A stretch of DNA of 59,104 nucleotides from a virus. The translations under genes and the position numbers were made by a program. Numbering within the stretch: position 1 is the first letter of the stretch; each line of letters starts with the position of its first letter. The notes below the pieces were generated by a model. It searched no databases. It saw only the letters and a list, made by a program, of their open reading frames with translations, and was not told where the DNA came from. Positions 17,201 through 26,041 of this stretch are shown in pieces. The stretch covers positions 1 through 59,104 of the IMG/VR virus record IMGVR_UViG_3300044995_000110; one strand, written 5' to 3'.

Positions 17201-20200
17201 CAAGGCGAGGGGCGAGCGCAGCCCCAGGAAAACAAAGCAGGCCAACGAAAAGGCCGCAACATCCAAGATTGCCGACATTCTCGATGGGAAAATTAAACAA
17301 CATGGCAAAGGGCAGAGAACTATCAAGCTTGCCGAAGCGCAAAAGCAAGAGCTTGTGGCATTTCTCTTAAAAGCGCGTGAATTTGCCGACAGCATTGCAT
17401 CAAACCCCACTACGTTCACGTGGTTTGATGAGGCAACCAAGTTGCAGGCCATTGATGATGCAGCCTACCAGGCCGCGCGCCGAGCCTTGCTTTGGATCGA
17501 GCAATACGGCTCATTGGAAGCAAAGAACGAGCAGGGACGCGGATTTGCGTGGGTGAACTACATGAAGCCAACACTGCGCAAGTATGCTGCTAGTGAAGCC
17601 AATGCGCCCAAGATTAGCCTAGATGCCCAGCCTGTAGAAAAAGCATCCAATCAAAGCGATGGGGATACCAATGTTGAAGATGGCTTGGGCGTTGGTGAAG
17701 AAGAAGTTGGGACTGAAGGCGATGACATTAACGAGCCGCCCATTCAACAGTTCACAGAGGATGGCGAGCCAATAGAAAGTGGGGCCGAAACGCTGGACAA
17801 TTCCATTGCCACTCCCGAAAGCCCAGAAAGGGCAAAGATTCGTCAAGAGATTAATGACGAGCTAGAGAAGGTGGCAGCGCAGACTAAAGAGAAAATCAAT
17901 AATTCCTCTATTCCTGCAACAATCAAGAATGCGCTCATCAATTTAGTCAACGACGAGCTTCGCCAGTCTGACATGCAGGCGATTTGGGAGTTCATTGAGA
18001 CCAACAGGGAGCAGCAGCCTTTTGTTGCTGACATTCTTCAGGAATGGAAAGAAAGGCGTGATGAGCTTGCCCGCTTTGCCAGTAAAGGCAGGAGGAAGAT
18101 CGAAGGGTTGCAATGGAGCATGGCCAATGACACGCAACTCAAGGTGCGCAACGTCATCCAGCGCCTTGCCAGAGTTTTGCTGCCAGAAGGCATTGATATT
18201 GCCTGGCTTAACGATCCCACTGATCCTGCCGCCATGTTTGTCGAGGTTGGGGAGTCGAACGTCGTTTTTGCCAACCTGTTCCGCTTGGCTGAAACCTTTA
18301 ATGAACTTGGCAACATGGGGGCCAAGGAAAAAGAAAAAGCCTTCGAGGAATACGTTAGGGCCGTTCTTGCCGAAGAAATGCATCACCTTGCGCACGACCA
18401 GGTGATGATGAAGCTTTGGGAGGAGTCTGGCACTGAGATGTCTTATGAGGAGTTTGTGGCCGAACATGGTCGTAGGCTCATTGATGAAATGGGCATAACC
18501 AAGGCGGAGCAATTCGCCGCCAGATACCTTCAGGCATCCCGTGTTTTGACATTACGCAACTCGTCTGGCGAGATTATTGGCTTTGCCAATGCCGATAGCG
18601 GCAGCGTGGGTGACGTCCTTTGGATTGACAATTTCTTCCCTGAGTTTGCCGCCGAATGGAGCGCGCATTCTCGTGGCCAATTTTCTGCGCCAGAGGCTTT
18701 TGATCTGGCTGGAATGCCTACTCTGAAGCAGTTTTTCTATCGCTTGGCCAATCTCCTGAAAACTTGGATGGCCAAAATACGGGGCAACTTCCCTGAGCTA
18801 CGCGAACGTCTTGCCGCCATTGATGAGGCTTTGAAAGCCGTGGAGAACGCCCCTAAGTTGGCCGAGGAGATGTCTCGCCAATCGCTTCAGGAAAGAATGG
18901 CGCTGCCATCCGCTCAAAGACGGGCCTCTCGTGGTAGAGTTTCTGACAAAGAGCTGATGGACAAATTTGCCGATCTTGAGGCGGTTGGATACAAATTCAT
19001 TGCCAAGCTACAAGGCGACAATGGGGCCATTTTGGCGATAAATAAATATGGCACAAAAGTTGTCCTTAAACGCGGACGCGGCCTAGAACAACGGCTTGAA
19101 GAATTTTTTGCCCACAAAATTCATGCCTTGTGGCAAACACTTTTTAATGACGTGAAAGATATTGGGGTGCTTGCCCCATCAGTAAAACTTATTAGCAAAT
19201 ACGGCTCAAATATAAGCGGCGAATGGAACATTGTAAGGCCAATCAGTGATACGGAGTGGTTTGATAATGAGTTGGTGCGCGCAGAATGGATTGAGAAACA
19301 ATACATTGAAGGCCCAACATTAGGGGAATACATTAAATCCTTGGAGCAACTTCCAGAAAGCGAGGCAAAATTTAAGCTCGATTCCTTGAAAGCTGCGCTT
19401 CGCAGTGGGTATTGGGTGGACCTGCTTCTGCAGAACCTTGATGGTGGCGGGGATAATTTGAGCAACATCATTGTTGATGATTCATTCTCATACGTCCCTG
19501 TGCCTTATCGCGTTAGCATGAGTGGCGCGCTTGGGTATAAGTCTAATGGCGAACCTAAAAGCAAATCAGAACTTGCATGGTCGGACAAGGAAGTGTTTGC
19601 CTTGTTGCCGGATAACGTCAAAAAGATGTTTTTGCGCAAGGGCTTAGATATACCCAGCATACCGGGGCTGTCCGATCTTTATGGGGAGATGAGCATTGAG
19701 GAGCTAAATGATGGCCTTGCCAAAATCCTGTGGGAATTTCATGGCGCATTTAGAAAAGTAATGGAAAATAAAAGCCCTAGATTGCGTGCAATTCTGGGCG
19801 TGCTGAAGAATCGCATGGCCGTCATTCAGAACGCATTTGGCGATACTTCCTTGCGGATGAAGAACTCAAAGAATATGACGGCAAATGAGTTCGTGGATGC
19901 CGCATGGGATGCCCGCAAGCAGCTTTTAGAAGTCCCTCTTGTCCGTGATGAGGCGGGCCTTGTCGCACAAGATCATCCTGTTTTCCAAGGCAATACGACG
20001 GCATATTATACATGGGTAGCCAATGGACGCCTGCTTAATCCTTACGGTGGTCCAAGCTTGCTTACGGAATCTCAGTGGCGGGCTGTTCGCACCCCGAACT
20101 TTATGGAGTGGGCTGGCGGTGACTGGCGTATTGGTGAGGGGAATGTTATTCTTGACCAACTGACTGGCGAGCCAAAGGTTTTTTATCATTCAACCACGGT

Positions 20201-23200
20201 GCCAGAGCTAAAGTCTCTTGCGCCAGATAATAATGGCCTTTACTTCTTAGCTGAAGATGAGCGGCACGGGAGAGTCATCTCCAATCAAACGCAAAGTCAG
20301 CTCAATTCGCCAATCGTTTCCCTGCCATTGTTCATGCGCGCTAGGAAGTTTTTGGACGCCAAGAATTACAACGAGATTAAGGCGGTCATTGATTACGGAA
20401 GAAGTGGGGCCGCTGACAAATACAGCCAGACCACAAAGGATGAGTTTGAGAAAACTGCGGACCTGATTGAGTTGCAAGCTAAAATATTGTTACGCGCAGA
20501 ACAACAAAATAATCCAAACGCCACAATTGAAGATGCTTGGAGCAAGATTAAAAATGTTTGGGGCTTGGTCGAAAATCCTGGGTTTTCTACGATCCTCAGA
20601 GAAATGGGCTATGACGCCATTAAAATGAGCGAGGAAATATTCCCCAAATTTGGGGATGTGCCAACTTGGGGCGTTTTTTACTCCAACAATATTAAGCTGG
20701 CTGGAGATGAAGCAATTTTTGAGGGTGGGCAAAAAGGGCCGTTGCCAGGCGATCCAAATACTGGGATATTTTCGGAAAGCCCCAACATCCGCGCCTCGCG
20801 TGGGCGCAAAGGAAAAGCAAAAAATGAAAACAAAACTGCTGAAACTGAAGCAAGGACAGACATATCTGGAACACCCGGAACACCAGAGGCGGCAAGAGGA
20901 AGTGAAACGCCTTTTGCGAAGCTGTCCCGAGAACTCGCCAGAATTTCAAAAGAGCTTGGCGCTGATGAAGGCGACCATGAAGCGCAAATAATTTTGGGTG
21001 AATATGCCATTCGCCAGATGATGGAGGATGGGCGAATCAAGAAATTGCCTTGGCCCAAGAAGCCTTCGGGGAGTGGGTTTGAGCACGTTGTCCAGATTCG
21101 TGGGCGGGAAGTTTACAAGTTCACCAGCAATAGCCAAGGGGTGCCTTCAGGCTATCGGGCAGTCCCAGTAGCGACCATCAACGGCATCCCTAGGGTTGTT
21201 ACTGGGAATGCGACGCCTTCGGAATATCTGGAGCGGTGGGACACATTCAACCATGTCTTTGGCGGTGTTGCGCCGGAAGTCACGTTTGAGGGCGCTGCCG
21301 AGCGGCCAGACGGGACCATTGCCTTGGTGGTCAAGCAGGATTTTGTGCCTGGGGATGAGCCTACCATTCAGGAGATTTCTGATTGGCTAAAAAGCGAGGG
21401 CTTTGAGCCTGTGGGGACGGCAAGGGCGTGGTTTCGCCAATCTGATGGCGTTGCCTTGGCCGACGTAAAGCCAGACAACTTCAGGAAATACAAAGGGCAA
21501 ATCATTCCTCTGGACATCCCCATTACAATTCTACCGAGGCTTGACGCAGCAAGAAGGGCCACAAGAGGACGCACTAACCCCAAAGAATACGCCTTGGGCA
21601 AGATGCGGCGGCAGAAAACACACGTCGAAGAAGCCTTCGACAGCTTGCGCGCCAATATAGAGGCCATTAAAGATGCTGGCTGGAACCGCATCAAGTGGCT
21701 TGTGGTTCAGAAGGCATTTAACAAGCAGTATGCCCTGCACGAGATGGAAAAGACTTTCAACCAGATTGTGCGTGGGCGCGGACGCGAGCTTCTTTCTGGG
21801 AAAGAGAGTGCAGCCAAGTTTGCGCAAGTTGCCACTGATGCTTATTCCATGGCGCACGAAGCCTTGTGGCTTGGCATCCCCGTGATGAAGGACGGAGCTT
21901 TCCAGGTGGATAACCGGGTGCGTGGTGTTGCCATGATATTTAAGGACATCCGCGACAAATATGGTGAGGATGGGCTAAGAGACTTCATGGGATATATGGC
22001 CGGGCGGAGGGCCAGCGAACTCAAGGCCATTGCTGAAGCCGAGCTTAATTCACTTTTGGCATCTAGTTCTCGCGCAGCCAATATTTTCAATGACATGCAA
22101 AAGCTTCGTCGCGATCAGCACCTTGAGATTATTGGGCTGAAAGCAGAAGATGCCAAGCTGCATACCGATGCAGAGCTTGTTGCTTTGGCTGCCATGACGC
22201 GGCTTGAAATCCCGCGCCGCGAAACCCTTTTCAGCAAGGCTGAGATTGCGGCGCTTTTGGCCATGAAGCGTGAAGGCTTTGAGGAAGCATTTGCCGATTA
22301 CCAGGCCAACGTGCGTGGCGTCATGGATTTTGCGGTGGCCACGGGACTAGTTTCGCCGGAGCTGCGCGATCACCTTGAAAAGCTGCACACACAGTATGTT
22401 CCGTTCTATCGGGCAATTGATCCGATGGCAGGCGAGTTGTATGGGCCGCCGACATCCAAGAGAGGCTTTGCAGACCAGCGCAGCGGCATCCGTCGAATCC
22501 TTGGGGGCACAGAGCCGTTGAATGATCTATACGAAAACATCGAGCGCAACATGGTCCACATGATGGTGGCGGGCATTAAAAACATAGTCATGCTCCGCGC
22601 AGTGGCTATGAGTGACGCCATCAACGCCAAGCAGAGTGCGGAAGCTAAGGCGAAGAGGGATGCCGCAATTAAGGAGGCTGAGGCGGAATTTGCCAAGATT
22701 CAATCTGACCTCAAGAAGAGGCTGGCGAATGGCGAGATTAGTGAGCCAGACTATGAGCGGCAAAGGGTTCAGGCAGAGCAGGCTTTGGCAATCCGCAAGG
22801 ATGAAATCAATGAACAAATGGCGCCCGATGGTCCGCAGTTCATGGTCCCTGTTTCTCAAAAAGAAAAAGTGGCCATCTCCAACTGGGCCATCATGCGGGA
22901 GCTTGAGAAACAGGGAGTGCCGGAGGAGCTTTCGCAATATATTGACCCCTCTGTTTGGGTGAACATCTATGCTATTGGGCGTCCACAAAAGGGGAGCGAC
23001 ATTGTTTCCTTTATGAAGGACGGCAGGGTTCAGTATCGCCGCATTGTGGATGACCTGGTTTGGGATTCTTTTGAGGCTATGAGCCGAGGGGCCATAGGGG
23101 CTGGGAATCCTTTTATGACGCTGGCTCGCTTTGCGCGGAGACTTTTCCAGAGCAGCATTACGATTACTTTGGAGTTTGTGGGGGCAAACGCCATGCGCGA

Positions 23201-24752
23201 CACAATGGCATCGTGGCTACAAAACAAGGATATGGCTGTCCCTATTATAGAAACAATGCGTGGGGCTTTGGCGTGGGCCAGCAACCGCCAAGTGGTAAAA
23301 AAGCTTATGGGGCGGGATGGCGAAATTAGCGACCTAGACCGCATTTTCTTGGCAGGGGCCGGCGACCCTTCAACTTTCCGCCAAGAAGGCGTAACTAGGG
23401 AAAGCATTACTTCTGTCACGCGCCCAAGGATTTCTAGAATCATCAAGGCTGACAACCCGCAGGCACTTTGGCAGGCTCTTGAGGCCTTGCGGCGTGCTGG
23501 CAACGCTACGCTTCAAGCCGCCGAGACTTTTGGCCAAGCCACAGAAAGTGCCACCCGCACGCAGGTGGCCCTAAACACTCTCAAGAGGACAGGCGACTTA
23601 GTGGAGGCGGCGTGGGCTTACCGTGAGGCAACCACGGACTTCTCGCTTTCTGGTAGTAGCAAGATGATTCAGTTTTTGGCGCAGACTGCCCCATTCTTTA
23701 ATGCGGGGATGCAGGGCTTAATCCGCATGGGCCGCGCTATGAATACGAGAACATTTTGGACGCGCGGCTCCATGCTTTTTGCAATCTCCACATTGCTCGC
23801 ATTGCGGAACTGGGATGATGATGACTACGACAAGCTGCCTGACGACATTAAGGACCGCTATTGGGTTTATCTCACAGGCAATAAGGGAGACGCGGATCGA
23901 ACCATGATCCTCATTCCCAAGCCATTTGAGATTGGAACCATGTTGGGAACAGTGCCAGAGCGCCTGACGGTAGCCTTCATGAAGAAGGCAGAGGGTGAGT
24001 TTGGCAAGGCGGATATGAGGGAGTTAACCTACCGCTTAGGATACCTAGCAACCAACATGCTGCGCCTTAACCCAACACCACAGCTCGTCAAGCCGATCCT
24101 TGAATTGCATGCTGGCCCTGGCGGCTGGAAGTCTTACTTCGAGCGTGAAATTGAGCCGGCCAACGTGCGGGCCTTGCCACCGGAAGCAAGGTATTATCCA
24201 ACCACGCCCTTCACAGCAAGAGGCATTGGCGAGAAGCTTGGAGTTAGTCCGCTAAAAGTGCAGCATTTTGTCGAAGGGTATTTCGGGACAATGGGCACCT
24301 ACGCCATGATGGCTGCAGATGCTATCTACAAGAACTTTGCTGACGTGCCGCCGCCCCCTAAGCAGGAGTGGTGGGAAAATCGAGTTTTGGGTGTTGGCCG
24401 ATTCATCAAGAACCCACAAAATGTAAGAACTAAATACCCTGACTTATTCTACAAGATGGCCGATGAAACTCAGGCACTTGCCCGTCGCGTGCGCCAGGTT
24501 GCTGAGGCCATGGACTTAGAAGAAACCAATCGTCTCTTGAAAGCGGACCCTATGGTGCTTGAGCGCAGCAGGGTGCTTGGCAAATATGAGAGAGATCTGA
24601 CAAATATCAACAAGTTGATCAATCAGATTTGGGCAAGCCGCGAGATGACGCCCGAAGAGAAGCGCGACCAGTTGAATCGTTTGTATCAGCTAAAAACACA
24701 GCTTCAGCGAGAAGGTCTGTCAATAGGGAAAAAGCTGCAAGCGCAAGAATAA
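14286..24752 (+). CDS. Giant (3,488 aa) polyvalent / internal virion-type protein with kinase-like and ART-like modules
   Basis: This is a single uninterrupted ORF. A kinase-like module (nt about 21060-21540) has GSGFEHVV, VYKF, ADVKPDNF and IPLD. A second kinase-like region (nt about 18990-19520) has VVLKRG ... LLQNLDGGGDNLSNIIVDD. An ART-PolyVal-like module (nt about 20100-20800) has EPKVFYHSTT, GLYFLAED, GYDAIKM, VFYSNNIKLA and NTGIFSESPNIRAS. A P/Q/A/E low-complexity linker spans nt about 16000-17300. Confidence 0.9.
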   Translation: MKQQEIPNNFLDSEDNGSSMATPMPDWLKPTALSNGQGERLNSAGGDYQLRLGEFRARSAALDLVNSAASGQDPKGMFEAYKNGIPTSGGKLIYDADSLSPAYAVASSIFNGKEKLLFQYTPLPPGEESKGGNSVVKRFRVIGDDPFKALDQARRAGVLPDSDFASLSKFYQANYESTQKTQQNIDKTFGEMKWYDAFGVGLSQGLGTWGDLPQLLNGLQQRAFGNEEEKRRLAEQKIQELQINAFGRPQQRFGKGAETLYSLGNEAGVMTPMFVGYVVPPAAIVTMPSYLTVQVARSYNSGWDEALQRKYQDGANLNDAISYADIAAKATTSIEFGSELAESLLPFARLAKGVRGAVRPFAEIGAQGLAGGTSEAISQMGQNLVLGKPIADDVGQSFVVGGALSGLASGLNQMRSERDWRKQYKALTTSDDNVAAYLWANANAETVVAVDKNGNPVQLKDLPAEFQFQISKDMVRQSKLAQSSGVTVESLESLSPLKRVAALRELSVDDLARIAAARQIEVSASGNFTQSELDKSLEEELRRRSEEEAGWSDQEFILKMGTARYEILSNNPDWAAAEEKASAKRRAASEAAQAASAVGPATQAAFQQKAEEQGAQANQQEAISQPIQAKDQKKQEMATNADLGLVAPIAEEEADASEAAQPVVPQEPSATQSPQEAKEEKQSAAARPVAPPQPVAQESSPVAKPAEEQAPAPQPRSEQNDEGIASTAAPAPLAPQSHSPAQQPQAQKPKPPMTGWVTTNDLDKILGTLADAIASEYAPDLRMRMFGVYNTDEVMSAVQDLLKNGWVYDKSKGRMANPQNWGEKPVDGLKRIRGGDWSPAPAIQKIFRAPQSQAAAEAAASNQQEPQQPVSQAERVETNEQAGTSSLPQQTQKPQESDSRGDRGVARRGVPVASDASQETQGQAQQATEERPQPRTGLSVTTPVAGPKEQAVDKKKQAPKPLTPEIETPSPSKARGERSPRKTKQANEKAATSKIADILDGKIKQHGKGQRTIKLAEAQKQELVAFLLKAREFADSIASNPTTFTWFDEATKLQAIDDAAYQAARRALLWIEQYGSLEAKNEQGRGFAWVNYMKPTLRKYAASEANAPKISLDAQPVEKASNQSDGDTNVEDGLGVGEEEVGTEGDDINEPPIQQFTEDGEPIESGAETLDNSIATPESPERAKIRQEINDELEKVAAQTKEKINNSSIPATIKNALINLVNDELRQSDMQAIWEFIETNREQQPFVADILQEWKERRDELARFASKGRRKIEGLQWSMANDTQLKVRNVIQRLARVLLPEGIDIAWLNDPTDPAAMFVEVGESNVVFANLFRLAETFNELGNMGAKEKEKAFEEYVRAVLAEEMHHLAHDQVMMKLWEESGTEMSYEEFVAEHGRRLIDEMGITKAEQFAARYLQASRVLTLRNSSGEIIGFANADSGSVGDVLWIDNFFPEFAAEWSAHSRGQFSAPEAFDLAGMPTLKQFFYRLANLLKTWMAKIRGNFPELRERLAAIDEALKAVENAPKLAEEMSRQSLQERMALPSAQRRASRGRVSDKELMDKFADLEAVGYKFIAKLQGDNGAILAINKYGTKVVLKRGRGLEQRLEEFFAHKIHALWQTLFNDVKDIGVLAPSVKLISKYGSNISGEWNIVRPISDTEWFDNELVRAEWIEKQYIEGPTLGEYIKSLEQLPESEAKFKLDSLKAALRSGYWVDLLLQNLDGGGDNLSNIIVDDSFSYVPVPYRVSMSGALGYKSNGEPKSKSELAWSDKEVFALLPDNVKKMFLRKGLDIPSIPGLSDLYGEMSIEELNDGLAKILWEFHGAFRKVMENKSPRLRAILGVLKNRMAVIQNAFGDTSLRMKNSKNMTANEFVDAAWDARKQLLEVPLVRDEAGLVAQDHPVFQGNTTAYYTWVANGRLLNPYGGPSLLTESQWRAVRTPNFMEWAGGDWRIGEGNVILDQLTGEPKVFYHSTTVPELKSLAPDNNGLYFLAEDERHGRVISNQTQSQLNSPIVSLPLFMRARKFLDAKNYNEIKAVIDYGRSGAADKYSQTTKDEFEKTADLIELQAKILLRAEQQNNPNATIEDAWSKIKNVWGLVENPGFSTILREMGYDAIKMSEEIFPKFGDVPTWGVFYSNNIKLAGDEAIFEGGQKGPLPGDPNTGIFSESPNIRASRGRKGKAKNENKTAETEARTDISGTPGTPEAARGSETPFAKLSRELARISKELGADEGDHEAQIILGEYAIRQMMEDGRIKKLPWPKKPSGSGFEHVVQIRGREVYKFTSNSQGVPSGYRAVPVATINGIPRVVTGNATPSEYLERWDTFNHVFGGVAPEVTFEGAAERPDGTIALVVKQDFVPGDEPTIQEISDWLKSEGFEPVGTARAWFRQSDGVALADVKPDNFRKYKGQIIPLDIPITILPRLDAARRATRGRTNPKEYALGKMRRQKTHVEEAFDSLRANIEAIKDAGWNRIKWLVVQKAFNKQYALHEMEKTFNQIVRGRGRELLSGKESAAKFAQVATDAYSMAHEALWLGIPVMKDGAFQVDNRVRGVAMIFKDIRDKYGEDGLRDFMGYMAGRRASELKAIAEAELNSLLASSSRAANIFNDMQKLRRDQHLEIIGLKAEDAKLHTDAELVALAAMTRLEIPRRETLFSKAEIAALLAMKREGFEEAFADYQANVRGVMDFAVATGLVSPELRDHLEKLHTQYVPFYRAIDPMAGELYGPPTSKRGFADQRSGIRRILGGTEPLNDLYENIERNMVHMMVAGIKNIVMLRAVAMSDAINAKQSAEAKAKRDAAIKEAEAEFAKIQSDLKKRLANGEISEPDYERQRVQAEQALAIRKDEINEQMAPDGPQFMVPVSQKEKVAISNWAIMRELEKQGVPEELSQYIDPSVWVNIYAIGRPQKGSDIVSFMKDGRVQYRRIVDDLVWDSFEAMSRGAIGAGNPFMTLARFARRLFQSSITITLEFVGANAMRDTMASWLQNKDMAVPIIETMRGALAWASNRQVVKKLMGRDGEISDLDRIFLAGAGDPSTFRQEGVTRESITSVTRPRISRIIKADNPQALWQALEALRRAGNATLQAAETFGQATESATRTQVALNTLKRTGDLVEAAWAYREATTDFSLSGSSKMIQFLAQTAPFFNAGMQGLIRMGRAMNTRTFWTRGSMLFAISTLLALRNWDDDDYDKLPDDIKDRYWVYLTGNKGDADRTMILIPKPFEIGTMLGTVPERLTVAFMKKAEGEFGKADMRELTYRLGYLATNMLRLNPTPQLVKPILELHAGPGGWKSYFEREIEPANVRALPPEARYYPTTPFTARGIGEKLGVSPLKVQHFVEGYFGTMGTYAMMAADAIYKNFADVPPPPKQEWWENRVLGVGRFIKNPQNVRTKYPDLFYKMADETQALARRVRQVAEAMDLEETNRLLKADPMVLERSRVLGKYERDLTNINKLINQIWASREMTPEEKRDQLNRLYQLKTQLQREGLSIGKKLQAQE

Positions 24753-24864
24753 AGGCGATTAAGAACACCAGCAAAATGCCAACTGTGATAATAACCCAAT
24801 CAAGATCATAGTAAGCGGTTCCAATCAATGCGCCAAAGACAGCAGGCTCTAGGTATTTTTTCAT
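24619..24864 (-). CDS. Small membrane protein (hypothetical)
   Basis: A GAGGAG SD lies 7 nt upstream. There is an N-terminal TM stretch (WVIITVGILLVFLIAFILALAAF). The 3' 134 nt overlap the convergent giant gene. Confidence 0.5.
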   Translation of the reverse strand: MKKYLEPAVFGALIGTAYYDLDWVIITVGILLVFLIAFILALAAFSLLTDLLAEAVFLADTNDSTGRASLRASSRGLPKSD

Positions 24865-24875
24865 GACATGTCTCC

Positions 24876-25253
24876 TCAGATATGTTTGGAATCGGCATTG
24901 TCTTTGACAGCATAGCCGCTGTCTTGCCGCTGGTGGTTAACTTGGTTTTTCTTAACGTAGGCTTGATAAACGTCATCTGCTCCCATGCCCAAAACTTGGG
25001 CAATAGAGACGAGAAAGTGGAACAGGTCCACCACTTCCACACGGGCGTTTTGAACATCGAAGGTCTGGTATTTAGCCCACCATTTCCATGGCACAGAATC
25101 GACTAGTTCGGCAATCTCCTGGGACATGGCGCGGGTGTAGTTCAAGATCCACTGGACCCGCTCCTCATCGGTAAGGCCAGCCGCATTGATGCCAATGCGC
25201 CGGTTAAGTTGGTCTTGCAGTTGGAATATTTGTTCTAGTTTGTCTTGGTTCAT
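24876..25253 (-). CDS. All-alpha NTP pyrophosphohydrolase (dimeric dUTPase/MazG-like)
   Basis: EIAELVDSVPWKWWAK...VEVVDLFHFLVSIA matches the E..E...W..W / E..D..HF pattern of dUTPase_2/MazG-like enzymes. Confidence 0.65.
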   Translation of the reverse strand: MNQDKLEQIFQLQDQLNRRIGINAAGLTDEERVQWILNYTRAMSQEIAELVDSVPWKWWAKYQTFDVQNARVEVVDLFHFLVSIAQVLGMGADDVYQAYVKKNQVNHQRQDSGYAVKDNADSKHI

Positions 25254-25364
25254 ATTCTGCGTTTTGATTCTATTGGACTGGCTTAAATTTGATCGTCTGG
25301 CTTGTCAAACAAATACGCTTATTGATTTGCAGGGCTTTTTGTCATCTGGCGTATCGCTTATCTG

Positions 25365-25401
25365 CCGCAAAAGCAAAGGCCGCCCACTAATGGACGGCCT
25401 T
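25365..25401 (-). terminator. Rho-independent terminator candidate (minus strand)
   Basis: A 7-bp stem aaggccg/cggcctt (25376-25401) is followed on the minus strand by TGCTTTTGCGG. Confidence 0.45.
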
Positions 25402-25542
25402 GCGCCCCGTAGCCGAAGCCATAGGGGGGGGGTGATCTCATCATAGTGTGATGGCAAAGGAATGCAACCTGTATTTCGGCTATCATGCCTGGCACTCGGC
25501 GGCTTAAAAATGTGCGAAAATAGGACGCATTATCGCGATTGC

Positions 25543-25570
25543 TTGACTTTGGGAACGGGCTGGCTATTAA
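25543..25570 (+). promoter_or_regulatory. Promoter candidate (TTGACT-16-TATTAA) for a short plus-strand RNA
   Basis: -35 is at 25543-25548 and -10 at 25565-25570. A terminator lies about 40 nt downstream. Confidence 0.4.
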
Positions 25571-25576
25571 ACAAAT

Positions 25577-25640
25577 AAGCACATCCGCCACATGCGGAAG
25601 GTGCATTAGGGCACGGTTCGCCGCCGTGCCCCGTTTTTTT
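25577..25640 (+). ncRNA. Candidate about 60-nt sRNA (promoter to terminator)
   Basis: It is bounded by the promoter above and the terminator at 25609-25640. It has a 5' hairpin around ccgc-cacat-gcgg. It sits inside an otherwise minus-strand gene block. Confidence 0.3.
25609..25640 (+). terminator. Rho-independent terminator (plus strand)
   Basis: An 8-bp GC stem gggcacgg/ccgtgccc with a 7-nt loop is followed by a T7 run (25634-25640). Confidence 0.7.
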
Positions 25641-25726
25641 GAGGGCCAATTCCTTTGCGCTTACCGCATAGGATTGGTGATGAAAAATCTGCCGACAAAT
25701 CCAATGGGCGTCCGGTAATCGGACGC

Positions 25727-25975
25727 ATGAACCAAATCCAAAAGAAACAAAAACAAGTCCGCAACCTCCGCCGCCTAGTCCTGACGGCCGCCAACCGTCT
25801 CATTGAGGCAAACAAGGCCAAGATGGCCAGCCGCAGCGCCCTACTGCTGGGCGCGATCCGCCAGCGCGACTGGCCCCAGGCTAGCCAACATTGCGCCACG
25901 CTGGGGCGGCTGATTGAGAACCAGGTTGAGGCCGAACGGATACTCGCCAAGCATAGCCGGGGCGGCTTGGGTTGA
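25727..25975 (+). CDS. Small helical protein (hypothetical)
   Basis: The 82-aa protein MNQIQKKQKQVRNLRRLVLTAANRLIEANKAK... has protein-like composition. The overlapping minus ORF is R/S/W/C-rich. The SD is weak. Confidence 0.4.
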   Translation: MNQIQKKQKQVRNLRRLVLTAANRLIEANKAKMASRSALLLGAIRQRDWPQASQHCATLGRLIENQVEAERILAKHSRGGLG

Positions 25976-25991
25976 GTTCCTTTCTGTTGTG

Positions 25992-26041
25992 TCATGATAA
26001 ATGCGCGAGGAGACCCACGGCTAAAGCCGTGGGATACTTAG
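25992..26041. repeat. 50-bp intergenic module, copy 1 (hairpin 26014-26033 plus a minus-strand ATG)
   Basis: It matches 28089-28138 at 43/50. The stem is cccacggc-taaa-gccgtggg. The module includes the stop of the upstream minus gene and the ATG of the next. Confidence 0.85.

Noticed and set aside
16254-17452. Several 80-176-aa minus-strand ORFs inside the giant gene.
   Set aside because: They are confined to the low-complexity P/Q/A/E linker and are reverse-complement artefacts (Leu/Trp/Cys/Gly/Arg-rich).
18371-18400. A possible metallopeptidase motif, AEEMHHLAHD, in the giant protein.
   Set aside because: It is not a canonical HExxH. The sequence reads HHLAH and lacks a Glu after the first His.
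25606-25995. A 129-aa minus-strand ORF that starts at the ATG of the duplicated 50-bp module.
   Set aside because: Beyond the first few codons, which look like a decayed GRPK-paralogue start, the translation is Arg/Ser/Trp/Cys-rich. It is antisense to a better-looking plus-strand ORF and runs through a plus-strand terminator. It is probably a degraded paralogue or non-coding.
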